Shown here piece after piece: positions 1 to 10,938 of a DNA stretch of 64,000 nt. The stretch covers positions 704,001 through 768,000 of the forward strand of contig CAXXFL010000006.1 of NCBI GenBank assembly GCA_963674965.2, read 5' to 3'. Position 1 is the first letter of the stretch, and each line of letters opens with the position of its first letter. A program made the position numbers and the translations under genes. The DNA comes from a bacterium. GTDB lineage: Bacteria; RBG-13-61-14; DATKZS01. The notes under the pieces were generated by a model, which saw only the letters and a list, made by a program, of their open reading frames with translations, searched no databases and was not told the DNA's origin.

Positions 1-1316
1 TGGGTTACACGCAATGGGCCGCAGGATACGACTCTCCCCACCTGGACGCCATGGTACCAATGGTCACCACCGCCGATATGACCAGCGTCCTCTTCGAGGG
101 CGGCGCGATCAATTACCAGAACATGCTGGGATGGAGCACCACCAACGTGGGTAAGGGGCAGAATAAGTATTCGGCCCGCCGGCTGGAAAAGTCTTACTGG
201 ACCCTGCCCATCCTCGAGGCCGACGACGCGCTGTTGGGAAAGACCGTCCAATTCTACGACGACATAGTCACCCGCCGCGTCCTGGACATATTGGCGATCA
301 CCTCCTATGACGACAAGTTCCAGCGCGTGAGCGCTCCGGTCCTTTCCATCGCCGGCTGGTACGACCTCTTCGCCAAGTACCAGATCGAGGATTTCCAGCG
401 CCTTAAAGCCGAAGGCCAAAGCCCCGCGCGCAAGATGAGCAAAATAATCGTGGGGCCGTGGGGTCACGGCTTTTTCCAGAATCCTCCGGTCAAGTTTCCC
501 GACGGCGGCATTATCAAGCTGGGTCAGCTTGGCAGGACGCTGGACTTTTACGGACAGCTTATGAAGGGGGAGGACAACGGAGTCGAGTCCTGGCCCGATT
601 ATACGATCTTCGTGATGGGCAGGAACGAGTGGATAGGACTTGAACAGTGGCCCCCCCCCGAGGTGAGCGTCAGGCCCATGTATCTTGTTTCCTCCGGCCA
701 CGCCAACTCCTCGAGGGGGGACGGCTCCCTGTCCTGGGAGGACCCGTCTGAAGAAGCGGATGAGGACTACTATATCTACGATCCCCAGGACCCCGTTCCC
801 ACGGCCGGCGGTCCTCTCCTGGGAGCCGACCTGGGACCCAAAAAACAAAATAAAATCGAGGAGAGGGCCGACGTGCTGGTCTATACCAGCGAGGAGATGA
901 CGTCGCCCCTGACCATCATCGGGCCCGTCTCGGTCACCCTCTACGCCTCGTCCGACGCCGTGGACACGGACTTTACGGCCAAGCTGTGCGACGTTTATCC
1001 GGACGGGACCTCCATTAACCTGACCGACGGCATTATAAGGGCGCGTTTCCGGGACGGCGACCTTAAAAAGCCGGAGCTTATCGAGCCGGGCAAGACCTAT
1101 GAATACGAGATCGACCTTTGGAACACGGCCCATGCCTTCATGCCGGGCCACAAGGCGCGGCTCCAGATAAGCTCGTCCAATTTCCCAAGGTTCGACAGGA
1201 ACTTAAACACGGGCGAAGACGTCGCGAGCGGCTCTTCCATGGAGGAGGCGGGACAGACCATATTCCACGACGCCGAGCGGCCCTCACGGATCAATCTCCC
1301 CGTCGTTCCCGAATAG
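1..1316 (+). CDS. CocE/NonD family hydrolase (X-Pro dipeptidyl-peptidase-like), 5' end outside window
   Basis: Frame is open from the window edge (GYTQWAAG...HLDAMVP). Motifs GWYD, GPWGH, YDPQDPVPTAGG, DTDFTAKLCDVYPDG and SSSNFPRFDRNLNTG are typical of the family. Confidence 0.9.
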   Translation, partial: GYTQWAAGYDSPHLDAMVPMVTTADMTSVLFEGGAINYQNMLGWSTTNVGKGQNKYSARRLEKSYWTLPILEADDALLGKTVQFYDDIVTRRVLDILAITSYDDKFQRVSAPVLSIAGWYDLFAKYQIEDFQRLKAEGQSPARKMSKIIVGPWGHGFFQNPPVKFPDGGIIKLGQLGRTLDFYGQLMKGEDNGVESWPDYTIFVMGRNEWIGLEQWPPPEVSVRPMYLVSSGHANSSRGDGSLSWEDPSEEADEDYYIYDPQDPVPTAGGPLLGADLGPKKQNKIEERADVLVYTSEEMTSPLTIIGPVSVTLYASSDAVDTDFTAKLCDVYPDGTSINLTDGIIRARFRDGDLKKPELIEPGKTYEYEIDLWNTAHAFMPGHKARLQISSSNFPRFDRNLNTGEDVASGSSMEEAGQTIFHDAERPSRINLPVVPE

Positions 1317-1322
1317 AGGGCC

Positions 1323-2390
1323 CTACCTTTCCGCCGGGGGCACGCGCTTTCCGCCCGTGATCTCGTAGGCCCTCAGCATGGCGGCGATGGCGGCCCTCGA
1401 GTCGTTCTCGAGCCAGTATTCGGGCGTCTTGGGGTTGAACGACCAGAACAGATCGTCGCACTGGCAGTCCTTTTTATTGTCCCTGGCCGTGGATATCTCG
1501 ACGTCCATGGCCAGAATCCCGTATTGGGCGTAGGCCCAGTCCTCGAGTTCTCCCGTGTAGGTGTCGAAGACCCGACTCTGGAGGCGGGGGTATTTCCGGT
1601 GCGCCTGGTTCTGGCGGAAGGCTTTACAGACCTCGCTGTATCTTCTCATGCACGCCCGGCTGGGGCAGTGGGGAGGAAACAGGACCGCCGCCATCGAGTG
1701 CCAGGAAACGCCGGCGAAGATTTCCTCCCGCTCGGCGAAGAAATTATCCAGCGCCGCGTTCTCCGGCTCGGACAGGGGCTCGGGCCCGCGATAATGCACG
1801 GAGTCGGGATCGGGGCTTCCGGCCCAGTCGATGGGAACGCTCACCTTGCCGGGGATGGGCCAGTTGCGGTTCAGGTCCACCCCGTTATGGTTCTTGCGGC
1901 AGTATTTCCACTGCTCGTCGTCCCCGCTGGAGGACATGCCCATGGTGGCCACCTCTCCCGCGCCTCCCGGGTTGTCCCAGGTCTTCTGATATCCGTCCGG
2001 GTTAATGCACGGAGTGACGTAAAAGTCCATCTTGTCCATGGCCTCGGTGACGAGGGGATCGGGACCGTCATCCTCCAGCAGCATCCTCGAGATATTCATC
2101 ACCATGCGGTTACCTATCCACTCGTTCCCGTGGATATTGGCCCCCATCCAGGCGGCGGGCTTTTTTTCCTGCCCCGCCCGGTGAATCCTGAAGCCGGTCA
2201 GGGGCCTGCCCTGGACGCTCTCGCCGTACTGGAAGACTTCCACGCGTCCGGGGAATTCCCGGGCCAGGTCATGGACCTCGCGTTCCCTGTCCTCGGGCGA
2301 GGGGTAAGGATAAAGGGGGTTGTCCAGGCTCGACGATGAAACCGCGCCCAGCAAAAAAACAAGCGCCGCCAGAAAGAGGACCTTTTTCAT
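1323..2390 (-). CDS. M14 family zinc carboxypeptidase, secreted
   Basis: Signal peptide; IHGNE zinc motif, INPDG, GVDLNRNW, PLSEPE, SWHS. Confidence 0.88.
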   Translation of the reverse strand: MKKVLFLAALVFLLGAVSSSSLDNPLYPYPSPEDREREVHDLAREFPGRVEVFQYGESVQGRPLTGFRIHRAGQEKKPAAWMGANIHGNEWIGNRMVMNISRMLLEDDGPDPLVTEAMDKMDFYVTPCINPDGYQKTWDNPGGAGEVATMGMSSSGDDEQWKYCRKNHNGVDLNRNWPIPGKVSVPIDWAGSPDPDSVHYRGPEPLSEPENAALDNFFAEREEIFAGVSWHSMAAVLFPPHCPSRACMRRYSEVCKAFRQNQAHRKYPRLQSRVFDTYTGELEDWAYAQYGILAMDVEISTARDNKKDCQCDDLFWSFNPKTPEYWLENDSRAAIAAMLRAYEITGGKRVPPAER

Positions 2391-2463
2391 TTATTGCCTT
2401 CCAATAAAAAAGGCGAGCCTTGCCCGCCCCGTATAAATCACCGTGTAACGGACCGTCCCGCGA

Positions 2464-2886
2464 TTAAAAGGGCACGTCGTCGTCCGCGGGTCCGGAGGAA
2501 GGTGGCTCGTAATCGTCGGCTCCCGAGTACCCTCCCCCGCCGCCGTCGCCTTTTCCGCCCAGCATGACCATCTCCTGGCCCACGATCTCCGTGGTGTAAC
2601 GCTTGTTGCCGTCCTTGTCCGTCCACTCCCGGGTCTGGATTCTGCCCTCGATATAGACCTGCTTTCCCTTGCTCAGCCATTGTCCGGCTATCTCGGCCAG
2701 CTTGCCAAAGAACACGACCTTGTGCCACTCGGTCCTTTCCTGCATCTCGCCGTCGCGGCCCTTGAATTTCTCCGACGTGGCCACCGTAAAGTTGGCCACC
2801 GCCTGTCCGCTCTGCATGTATCTGACCTCCGGGTCCCTTCCCAGATGTCCTATTATCATAGCCTTGTTCAAACCTCTGCCGGCCAT
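2464..2886 (-). CDS. ssb: single-stranded DNA-binding protein
   Basis: [18 protein letters not shown]...TEWH...[10 protein letters not shown] and acidic DDDVPF tail. AAGGAGG RBS precedes the ATG at 2886. Confidence 0.97.
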   Translation of the reverse strand: MAGRGLNKAMIIGHLGRDPEVRYMQSGQAVANFTVATSEKFKGRDGEMQERTEWHKVVFFGKLAEIAGQWLSKGKQVYIEGRIQTREWTDKDGNKRYTTEIVGQEMVMLGGKGDGGGGGYSGADDYEPPSSGPADDDVPF

Positions 2887-3168
2887 ATTCTTTCCTCCTT
2901 CCCGGCGGGGATATGCTTCCCCTTTCATCCCGACTTTATCACGCGTTCTCCGAGCCGCGCAAGTCCGGCGGGAAAAGGGATCAAGGCGAGGGCGAGTGGC
3001 CCAAGATAGCCAAGGACCCGGTCTTGGCCGTACCCCGGGCCCGGCTTGTGCCTTCATGCTTCGCGGCCTTCATTATGTTCCCGGCTTATCTCTTGAAAAC
3101 TTTTATGGAGCAAGCGGCGTTTCACGTATCGGGTAAAGACCTTGTAATGGAACTTCCCGGGTTTTTCC

Positions 3169-3804
3169 TTATTTCTTGACCGCCAGCGTGTAGAACCCAT
3201 CCTGGAGGCGCGGCATCTTGAGTACCTGGAAGCCGAAGGCCTGGAGCATCCTGAGGTTGTCGGCGGGCGACGGAATGGAATGATTTTTCAGTGCCTCGGG
3301 CAGGTAGTTGTCCTCGAGGATTTCCTCCAGGTCCTCCGACTGCACTATGGCCAGCCTGCCGCCGGGCACGAGAACCCGGGCCATTTCGAGAAGGGCCCGG
3401 GGTGGGCAATCGAAAAGGTGGAAGCAATTGAAGCAGACCGCCGCGTCCATGCAGTCGTCCTCGAGGGGGACCTTTGAGGCGGAGCATACGTGATAGACCG
3501 CGTTGGGAAGCGGCCTTTCAACTCGAGATCTCTCAATCATGGCCGGGGAAAGGTCAAAGGAAAAGACGAAGCCTTCCCTTCCCGCGGCGCGGCTCAACTC
3601 GGTCGTCAGACGCCCGGCCCCGCAACCTGGTTCCAGCACGTAGCTTCCAGGGCCAATTTCCAATTCCCCTATCGTTTTATTTACGATATCTCTTTCGCGC
3701 TGGGTGAACTGGGCCCACTGGCTCATGCCGGATATGCTCTCGAAGAAGCTTCTCGTAACGTTTTCACCGCGTTTATATGGTGGTTCTTGTTGAACCAGGT
3801 TCAT
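3169..3804 (-). CDS. class I SAM-dependent methyltransferase
   Basis: VLEPGCGAG motif I, FDLSPAMI, EMARVLVPGGRL. Start placed at MNLVQ after GGAG. Confidence 0.85.
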   Translation of the reverse strand: MNLVQQEPPYKRGENVTRSFFESISGMSQWAQFTQRERDIVNKTIGELEIGPGSYVLEPGCGAGRLTTELSRAAGREGFVFSFDLSPAMIERSRVERPLPNAVYHVCSASKVPLEDDCMDAAVCFNCFHLFDCPPRALLEMARVLVPGGRLAIVQSEDLEEILEDNYLPEALKNHSIPSPADNLRMLQAFGFQVLKMPRLQDGFYTLAVKK

Positions 3805-4011
3805 TTTTTCTTCTCCCGGTGGCGTAATATACATGGATCGGCTGTTTCATCAGCCGGGCTTCGTGTTACTTTTATATTTATTGTGACATCTAAAGGACGA
3901 CGTGTCAACCACAAAAAGCAAGAAAAAGGAAAAGGCCGAAAAAAGGGACGGACTTACGTCCATGAAAATTGCGTTATTGACACCCAGCCGGCTAGGTATT
4001 ATCCTTCCCCC

Positions 4012-4458
4012 ATGTCTTTGAATCGAAGAGGCGCGATTATCCTGGCGCCGAGGATCATGTTCTTCGGCGCTCTTTTCTTCCTCCTCCTTTTCTCGGTAGG
4101 GGGCTGGTACATGGGAAAGCGCATGGCGGGAGTGACGGTCGAGGCCGAACTCACGCCCATACTAAAGTACGCGCTCCTGGGACTTGGTTTTTTCGAGGCG
4201 GGCCTGGCCCTCGCTCTCAGGAAACTCTACCTTCGCGATGGGAAACAAGAGGTGAACCTGGCCGAGCGCTACCTGGTGGCGCACGCGGCCCCCATTATAA
4301 TCTGCGCGTCCATCGGGGTTTATGGCATGATGATAGGCGCGCTCTACGGGGAGATGGCCTACGTCATCGGGCTCAACCTTTTGGCCGCCCTCTCGATGGC
4401 CCCCCATTTTCCCCGCGCCGACGCGCTTGACGAGTTGATCGCCAGAAAAACAAAATAG
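4012..4458 (+). CDS. hypothetical membrane protein (about 4 TM segments)
   Basis: Hydrophobic helices in the C-terminal part of ORF 3490..4458; the likely start is MSLNRRG. Confidence 0.6.
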   Translation: MSLNRRGAIILAPRIMFFGALFFLLLFSVGGWYMGKRMAGVTVEAELTPILKYALLGLGFFEAGLALALRKLYLRDGKQEVNLAERYLVAHAAPIIICASIGVYGMMIGALYGEMAYVIGLNLLAALSMAPHFPRADALDELIARKTK

Positions 4459-4459
4459 A

Positions 4460-4484
4460 AAGCCCACGCGTGGAGCATGGGCTT
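4460..4484. terminator. hairpin between convergent genes, possible terminator
   Basis: AAGCCCACGC...GCATGGGCTT imperfect inverted repeat; no clear U-tract. Confidence 0.35.
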
Positions 4485-4512
4485 GGTCTCGTAAGTTGCG
4501 GCTAAATAAATA

Positions 4513-4974
4513 TCAGCCGGCTTTTCCCAGGATCATCTGTTGAATCTGGGGCGAGAGTGAACGTACCCGGTCGGAGAGCGTCCGATATATTCCGATGACT
4601 ATCTTTACGGCCACCTTGGGTGATTCCTCCATTAGTTTCTCGAACTGAGAGCGCTTGATCACCAGTACGTGAGAATCCTGCACGGCGATGGCCGACACGG
4701 AGCGGGGGCCGTCCTCGATGAGGGCCATCTCTCCGAAGAAGTCGCCCGCGCCCATGGTGGTCAGGGTTTTCTCCTCTCCCTCGGAGAGCATTTTCGAGAG
4801 ACGTATGCCGCCGCTTATCACCACGTACATGGACTCGCCCTTCATGTTCTCAAGAAACAGGGGCGTGGCGGCATTGAGGTTCTTCTCGTCCACAAAGTTG
4901 GCAAGGGACGCTATCTCATTGTCCGAGAAATCCTTAAAAAGAACGCTTTCCTTTAACGCGCTTACTTTGGCCAC
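4513..4974 (-). CDS. cyclic nucleotide-binding domain protein
   Basis: GDFFGEMALIEDGPRSVSA phosphate-binding cassette; no HTH domain. Confidence 0.88.
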   Translation of the reverse strand: MAKVSALKESVLFKDFSDNEIASLANFVDEKNLNAATPLFLENMKGESMYVVISGGIRLSKMLSEGEEKTLTTMGAGDFFGEMALIEDGPRSVSAIAVQDSHVLVIKRSQFEKLMEESPKVAVKIVIGIYRTLSDRVRSLSPQIQQMILGKAG

Positions 4975-5190
4975 TTTTCTTCCTCCTCACGACGTTCAGC
5001 TTATCGCGATTCAACTTCGGTAACGGCGGACCTGATATTATTTTGATCCCAGCGTCTATTTTACCGTCAAACATGGTATAAACGCAAGCAAAAAAGGAAA
5101 TTTTTTTAACGGCCCGGCCGATAAAAACATAATCCGTTAAAACAAAAGACGAGAGTCGGCGCTGAATATTCCAACTTGATCCAGGAAATT

Positions 5191-7302
5191 TTATGGCTTG
5201 GCGTTCCAGCCGTCCGATCGTCGGTAATTGATTTTATAAAGCTCGAGTCCCGCGCTCCAGTGTATTTTCTCTCCCTTTGCCGCGAGGAAATGGTCGATCT
5301 TTTCCGTCGCTTCATCGAGGTCCTTTAGCGCCGCGCTCTCTTTTCCCAGCATCCTCGCGTAGTATCCCAGGTTGGGCCGATGGACGAGAGCGTGAGTGAT
5401 TCCGCGCGACTTGAACCACTGGGTCAACTCGGCCTGGTCCTTGGCGCGGGCCACGTCGTACAGGGTCATGTCATATATCTCCGGGTGATGGATGATGGAG
5501 TCGCGCTGGGTATAGTATATCTTGGCCTCGAACCAGTTAAGTATCACCGCGTCTCGTGGAAGCTCCTTGCTAATGAACCCGTCCATCTTGTAAAAAGGCA
5601 GCCGCTTGTCCAAATAGGCGTCCCTTTTGAGGGTCCCCGAGAAATAAAGCAGGGAATCGGAGAACTTGGGCAAAACGGAAACGGGCGCGAGAAGGCAGGG
5701 AACGACCATGATCGATACCAGCGCCGCCTTGATACTAAAGGCCCTCGGTCCCTTTTCATCCGCTTTCCCCCCCAGGACAAAAGCCGGTCCCAGGGCCGTG
5801 GCCAGGGCGAACCCGGGCGAGAAGTACCTCATGAACTGGTGGCCCAGCGACCATAGCCAGGCCCCGGCCAGCAGGCAAAGCCCCAGACGCCGGCCCTCGG
5901 GGCTTCTCAGCATGGCGGGTATTCCAGCGATGAGCAACGCCGCCAGTCCCGGATGCAGAGCGCCGTAAAAGTGAGGATGAAACTGCTTGCCGTGAACGAA
6001 AAGGTTCCAGGGCGCCAGGAGATAGTCATGGAAATTCCTTCCCATGCCCACCAGTTTGTAGCTCCCCTCCAGGCTGACTCCAAGGACATACGCCTCGGGC
6101 GAGTTCGGAAAAAGCTCGGCCGTTATGAAAGGATAAAGAGGGTCGCCCGTCCAGACCAGGGACCGGACGATCCAAGGGCATACGGCGGCAAATAAAAACG
6201 CGCCGCCCAGGGCGAGGTCGGAAGGAAACTTTTGGGGACGGGCCCTCCAGACGTCCGCCGAGGCGATGATCGTCAGCGGAGCCGCCAGGTAAAGGGCCGT
6301 CATCTTGGCGGAAAAACAAAGGCCCAGGAGGAAAAAGAAAACCGGCGACAACCTTCGGCTCGCGTCCTTCCTCCAGTCCAGGTAAACGTCAACGGCGCCA
6401 AGGAAGAAAAGAGCCGGAAAAAAGTCGATATAGGCTACACCCGCGATAAAGCCCACCAGAGGATGGCCGAAGAAAATGGCGGCGGCCAGCCAGGCCGAAG
6501 TTTTCCCGCCAATCCTTTCCGCCAGTCGATACACCTGGGCCGCGCAAAGAACGCAGGCGAAAAGGTGGAGGAGCTTGGCCGAGACGTCCGATCCCATGGC
6601 CATGGCGAGAGAGTAGAGCATGTGCGCGCCAAGGGTATTGTAGCTCATGGCGTTGTAAGGAAGCTCATGGATTTGTCCGCGCCGAAGATACGCCGCGGGA
6701 AGGGCCAGATGATAGATAAGCTCGTCAAGCTCGGTGGGAGGAGAAAAGGCGTTCACCACCCCAGGCAAGATACAGTATAGACAGACCAGGAAAAGCGGCA
6801 AAAAGACGGCGGCCGACCCGAGCGTGATCGATCGCTTTACTTTTTTCATCGCCCCGTCCCTGTCCGTATACAAACGATATACGGCCGCAACCAGGGAAAG
6901 GACCAGTATGGCGGCGAGGGGCCATTTCCTGAAAAGTCCGGCAAAGCCCGCCAGGGAAACGACAAGGCCGATGACGCCGAAGCCGATGGCAATGACGGTG
7001 GCCGCGGCCGGTCCTTCCCCCTCCCCTACCCTTCCCACGTCATGGAGAAGATTCATGCGCCCGGCCAGGATAAGACAGGATTTACCCACGCCCCACCCCG
7101 CGAAAACGATGGCCAAGGCCAGGCCGGCGGACAGGCAATGGCCGGCGAGGGCCGAGAGGTCCCACTGGCTCGATTCGCTAAGGGCCCATTCAAGGGAGCG
7201 CCAGGCCCTCTCGAGCCATAAGTCGCGCTCCGAGTAATGGACGTAATAAATAATAGGAGCGAGACAAATAGCGGCCGCGGGAGCAAGGAGCGCCTTCTTC
7301 AT
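5191..7302 (-). CDS. polytopic membrane glycosyltransferase (GT-C/ArnT-like)
   Basis: Many TM segments; DELIYHL, YID, K-T and GDPLYPF motifs. Confidence 0.65.
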   Translation of the reverse strand: MKKALLAPAAAICLAPIIYYVHYSERDLWLERAWRSLEWALSESSQWDLSALAGHCLSAGLALAIVFAGWGVGKSCLILAGRMNLLHDVGRVGEGEGPAAATVIAIGFGVIGLVVSLAGFAGLFRKWPLAAILVLSLVAAVYRLYTDRDGAMKKVKRSITLGSAAVFLPLFLVCLYCILPGVVNAFSPPTELDELIYHLALPAAYLRRGQIHELPYNAMSYNTLGAHMLYSLAMAMGSDVSAKLLHLFACVLCAAQVYRLAERIGGKTSAWLAAAIFFGHPLVGFIAGVAYIDFFPALFFLGAVDVYLDWRKDASRRLSPVFFFLLGLCFSAKMTALYLAAPLTIIASADVWRARPQKFPSDLALGGAFLFAAVCPWIVRSLVWTGDPLYPFITAELFPNSPEAYVLGVSLEGSYKLVGMGRNFHDYLLAPWNLFVHGKQFHPHFYGALHPGLAALLIAGIPAMLRSPEGRRLGLCLLAGAWLWSLGHQFMRYFSPGFALATALGPAFVLGGKADEKGPRAFSIKAALVSIMVVPCLLAPVSVLPKFSDSLLYFSGTLKRDAYLDKRLPFYKMDGFISKELPRDAVILNWFEAKIYYTQRDSIIHHPEIYDMTLYDVARAKDQAELTQWFKSRGITHALVHRPNLGYYARMLGKESAALKDLDEATEKIDHFLAAKGEKIHWSAGLELYKINYRRSDGWNAKP

Positions 7303-7420
7303 GTCCTCAAGATTACCCGCGCCACGTCCGTATGGCAAGGACGGGCCCTGGATTGACGGCCTACGGGCCGGATGTTAGTGTAGAGCGCGTGGTTTAACGG
7401 CAGTTACAAAAGGAACGGGC

Positions 7421-7894
7421 ATGGAGATAGATTATCTTATAGACGACGAGACGCTGATATCGACCATCGCCGGATGGATTTACGATGAATGGGGCAAGTT
7501 CTCTCCCAGCCGGACCCTGGCCACGGCCCATGAAAAGGTCCGGCAGACGGTGGGCAGGACGGCCATCCCCCTGACCCTGGTCTGCAAGGTGGAGGGGAAG
7601 CCGGCCGGGACCGCGAGTATTGACGTGGCCGACATGAGCACTCACCTGGAGCTTGGTCCCTGGATGGCCAGCGTTTACGTTGTTCCCTCGATGCGGCGCC
7701 GCGGCATCGGCGCGGCCCTTTGCCGGAAAATCAAGGAGGAACTGAAAAAGCAGGGCGTTGAGAGGGCCTACCTTTTTACTCCCGACCAGGAAAAGCTTTA
7801 CGCCCGTCTCGGCTGGAAGCCCATACTCAGTGAAGACTACCGGGGAGAGCCGGTGGTCGTCATGCGGCTTGACCTTGACTTAGGCCTCGAATGA
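7421..7894 (+). CDS. GNAT family N-acetyltransferase
   Basis: ASVYVVPSMRRRGIG acetyl-CoA motif; LYARLGW. Confidence 0.9.
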   Translation: MEIDYLIDDETLISTIAGWIYDEWGKFSPSRTLATAHEKVRQTVGRTAIPLTLVCKVEGKPAGTASIDVADMSTHLELGPWMASVYVVPSMRRRGIGAALCRKIKEELKKQGVERAYLFTPDQEKLYARLGWKPILSEDYRGEPVVVMRLDLDLGLE

Positions 7895-8778
7895 ACTCGC
7901 TCACCGGCCTTACGCTCATCGCCCTGCTCGCTCACGTGGGCTACTCCGAGGGAAAGCTGAGGAGGGTCGGGAGGGTCCAGTATTATTTGCACACAATATA
8001 CGCGCTCATTGAGCCGAGCGCCCTTTGGCTGATGGACAAATTTCTGAAGGTCGATTTCTTCACGAAAAACCGGGTGGGCAACTGGTTTTTCCGCCAGGGA
8101 TGCCGGACCCTGTGGTATTTGCCTCACGGGATCACTCTGACCACGGAAAGCGCGGAGCGGCTTATCGATTACGTCACCACCGCGGAGGGACCCAAGGGCG
8201 CCCGTCTGGCCGTTGGTCCCTGCGTCTGCCAGGTCGCGCTCGGGGTGAGGCAAGAGCCCTATAAAAAGGACATGGTCATCCTGTATGGGGCCGACATATA
8301 TCTTCGTCATTACAAGGACTACTCCGTTATAGACGCGGAGGAAGGCAAAAGGCTGCTGCGGGAATGCCACGAACGCGGCCTTGTCCATATAGTGGATTTC
8401 TGCATGTCCTCGGGCAAGTGGACCTTCGTGGTCTGCAACTGCGAGCCCGATATCTGTCTGATCACCAGGTCTTACCTGGCAACGGGAGAGTTCGTTCTTC
8501 CCGGCCCCCAGGCGGCGATCCACGACAAGGACTTATGTCTGGGAGTCGAGGAATGCGGCCGCTGCCTGGACCGGTGCATTTTTAAGGCCAACGTCGTTTC
8601 CGAGGATGGAAAGCCGAGCATTATCGAGGATAAATGCATGGGGTGCGGACTGTGCGTGACCACCTGCCCGCCCCGGGCCAGGCGGATAACGGAGCGGGCC
8701 GACTTCAAACACTCCGACAAGATTTCTTGCCGGGTCCTTGCAGGCGTGGGCAATCCTACGGACGCCGTCCCTTTATAA
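7891..8778 (+). CDS. 4Fe-4S dicluster domain protein
   Basis: CVC and CNC motifs; C-terminal ferredoxin motifs CGRCLDRC and CMGCGLCVTTCP. Confidence 0.85.
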   Translation: MNSLTGLTLIALLAHVGYSEGKLRRVGRVQYYLHTIYALIEPSALWLMDKFLKVDFFTKNRVGNWFFRQGCRTLWYLPHGITLTTESAERLIDYVTTAEGPKGARLAVGPCVCQVALGVRQEPYKKDMVILYGADIYLRHYKDYSVIDAEEGKRLLRECHERGLVHIVDFCMSSGKWTFVVCNCEPDICLITRSYLATGEFVLPGPQAAIHDKDLCLGVEECGRCLDRCIFKANVVSEDGKPSIIEDKCMGCGLCVTTCPPRARRITERADFKHSDKISCRVLAGVGNPTDAVPL

Positions 8779-8859
8779 AGCTCCGCGCGACGATCCGGGC
8801 GTCGCTCTTTTCTATCTTTACTTCAACGCCCGATCATATCCCGCACTCTTTAATGACGC

Positions 8860-10230
8860 TCACTTCCGGGAAAATAGCGAGGCGATATAACTTTTCAGCA
8901 ACATGAGAGAAAGGGAGAATTTGCTCAAAAGCAGTTTGGCCAACTCGCCGTAGCGCCGGTTCCGAAGATAAAGCTCGAGATAGAATTGAATCTGCATGCG
9001 TTTCAAGGCGCGGTGGGGAATGTTCTCCAGCTCGATGGAGTTGGATATATATTTATCGTACTTGTCCCACTCCTTGGTTAACAGCCTGTAGCCTTTCTCG
9101 CCCTTTTCCGCCCAATCGTATATGTCGCTTCCCGGATAGGCCACGATGGTGGCCACCGAAAGCCGGTCGGGATTCTGCCGCGTCGTGAAATCCATCGTCC
9201 TTTGAAAGGATTCCATGGTCTCTCCCGGAAGACCGATAATGATTTTAAACCAAACCTTCAGCCCGCTCTTCTTGATCGTCTTCACCGCCTTTTCCACCTG
9301 CTCCAGACTGATCCCCTTTTTGGAAGCCTTAAGGACCTCCGGGTCGCCGGACTCGACTCCCAGCTCGATATACTCGAAGCCGGCCTTTCGCATCAAGTCC
9401 GTCATTTCCTCAGTGACGCGGTCGACTCTCGTCTGGGCCTTGAAGGTCACCTTCGCCTTCTCGCTAAATTCGATCAGCCGCTTAAGCAGCATGGCCGCTT
9501 TTTCCGGGCTCGACCCGAAGGTCTCGTCCTCGAAATAAATCTCCCTGGGACTGAAGTTCTCATGCAGCCACTCGATTTCCTCCATGACTTTGTCCAGGCT
9601 TCTTCGCTTGACCTTCTTTGACATATTTCGGCAGCAGAACACGCAGTTGAACGGACAGCCCCTCTCGGACATTACGGGATAAATTTGCGTCCGCGGGAAC
9701 ATGTCCCAGGCGGGGAAAGGCAATGAATCGACGTCCTCGTCGTAATGGGCGGGGGCCCCGTTCATTATTTTCCCCTCCTCGTTCCTCCAGAATAACCCGG
9801 CTATTTCATCTTTCTTTTTCGTTCCCTGAATGAACTCGACCAGGGTGGTCTCCGACTCCCCCGCCATTAGGAGGTCGAACTCGACCGCTTCCTCCAGGGC
9901 TTTTTCCTCGAGGGCGTTGGCGTGTACGCCGCCGAGAATAAGGACCGTTTCAGGATTGATCTTTTTAATAAGGCCGGCGATCTTTCTGGCCTTGGGAAAA
10001 TCGACGGTCATGGCGGAAATCCCCACGCGCCGGGGATGGTGGCGCATGATTTTCTCGACCGTTACCTTATCATCCAGATGACCCTCCAGCTTTCCGTCCA
10101 CTACCTCGACCGAGACGCCCCTTGCCCTGGCCGTCCCCGCCAGGTAGGCGAGACCGAGAGGAGGGTACAAACACCAGTGTTTTTCAGCCGCGTGAAGAAG
10201 TCCGGGCCGAGCCAATACCAGGTCAATCAT
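8860..10230 (-). CDS. B12-binding domain radical SAM protein
   Basis: PPLGLAYL, GGVHA, RGCPFNCVFC (CxxxCxxC), GVESG, IIGLPGET. Confidence 0.93.
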   Translation of the reverse strand: MIDLVLARPGLLHAAEKHWCLYPPLGLAYLAGTARARGVSVEVVDGKLEGHLDDKVTVEKIMRHHPRRVGISAMTVDFPKARKIAGLIKKINPETVLILGGVHANALEEKALEEAVEFDLLMAGESETTLVEFIQGTKKKDEIAGLFWRNEEGKIMNGAPAHYDEDVDSLPFPAWDMFPRTQIYPVMSERGCPFNCVFCCRNMSKKVKRRSLDKVMEEIEWLHENFSPREIYFEDETFGSSPEKAAMLLKRLIEFSEKAKVTFKAQTRVDRVTEEMTDLMRKAGFEYIELGVESGDPEVLKASKKGISLEQVEKAVKTIKKSGLKVWFKIIIGLPGETMESFQRTMDFTTRQNPDRLSVATIVAYPGSDIYDWAEKGEKGYRLLTKEWDKYDKYISNSIELENIPHRALKRMQIQFYLELYLRNRRYGELAKLLLSKFSLSLMLLKSYIASLFSRK

Positions 10231-10299
10231 AGCGCGCCTCGTTGATCGCAAGTTGTCAAAATATATTTTCCCCCCGCCCTATTACTGAAAACGGACGGC

Positions 10300-10938
10300 T
10301 TAGGCGCCGTCTTTCACCGCCTTTACCATCCAGTTGTATTCGAGTTCCGCTATCTCGAAATTATCGTATCTCGCCCTGAATAGAATATTGAGGTTTTCTT
10401 TTGAGGCGGCGTATACGTTTACTTTATTAAGACCGAGCCAGACCTTCCTGAGCCGTATTCTCAGCGTGCCGGTCTTGGAGAAATCGACGATCATTACGCC
10501 CCCACCCACTAACAGTCCATCCAGTTTGTCAATGAAATTATCCCAATCGGCGACGTAGTCGGTCAAGCCGATGGATATGGCCACGTCGTACTTTCCTTCC
10601 TCCTCCGAGGTGAAGAAATCACGCGCTACCGCCTCCACCCTGTCCGCCTTGCCATGAAGGTTTCTCTCGGCGGCCGAAACGTTTTCCGCGACGACGTCCT
10701 CGATCCTTATCAGGCTCGGCCTGCCCCGGATTATTTCCGACAGAAACAATCCGTCGCCGCAGCCCACGTCGATTATCCTTTTTCCCGCGCAATCGGGGAG
10801 CATCCCGGCCATGGCCGTCAGGCGGGCATCCTCACCCGCCCTGAAAAAACGAGCGACGAGCCCGCCGCGGCCTGGATAACGGCGGCTGAAATAGTCAAAG
10901 ACCGCTCGATCGGATATCTCGCCCTCGCCTTTTATCAT
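10300..10938 (-). CDS. class I SAM-dependent methyltransferase
   Basis: IIDVGCGDG motif; ATG overlaps the sulfotransferase stop (ATGA). Confidence 0.82.
   Translation of the reverse strand: MIKGEGEISDRAVFDYFSRRYPGRGGLVARFFRAGEDARLTAMAGMLPDCAGKRIIDVGCGDGLFLSEIIRGRPSLIRIEDVVAENVSAAERNLHGKADRVEAVARDFFTSEEEGKYDVAISIGLTDYVADWDNFIDKLDGLLVGGGVMIVDFSKTGTLRIRLRKVWLGLNKVNVYAASKENLNILFRARYDNFEIAELEYNWMVKAVKDGA

Noticed and set aside
2887-3057. N-terminal extension of Ssb in the ORF track
   Set aside because: A strong RBS and the family N-terminus point to the ATG at 2886.
3490-4011. 5' part of ORF 3490..4458
   Set aside because: Overlaps the methyltransferase antisense and intergenic DNA; only the hydrophobic part from 4012 is credible.
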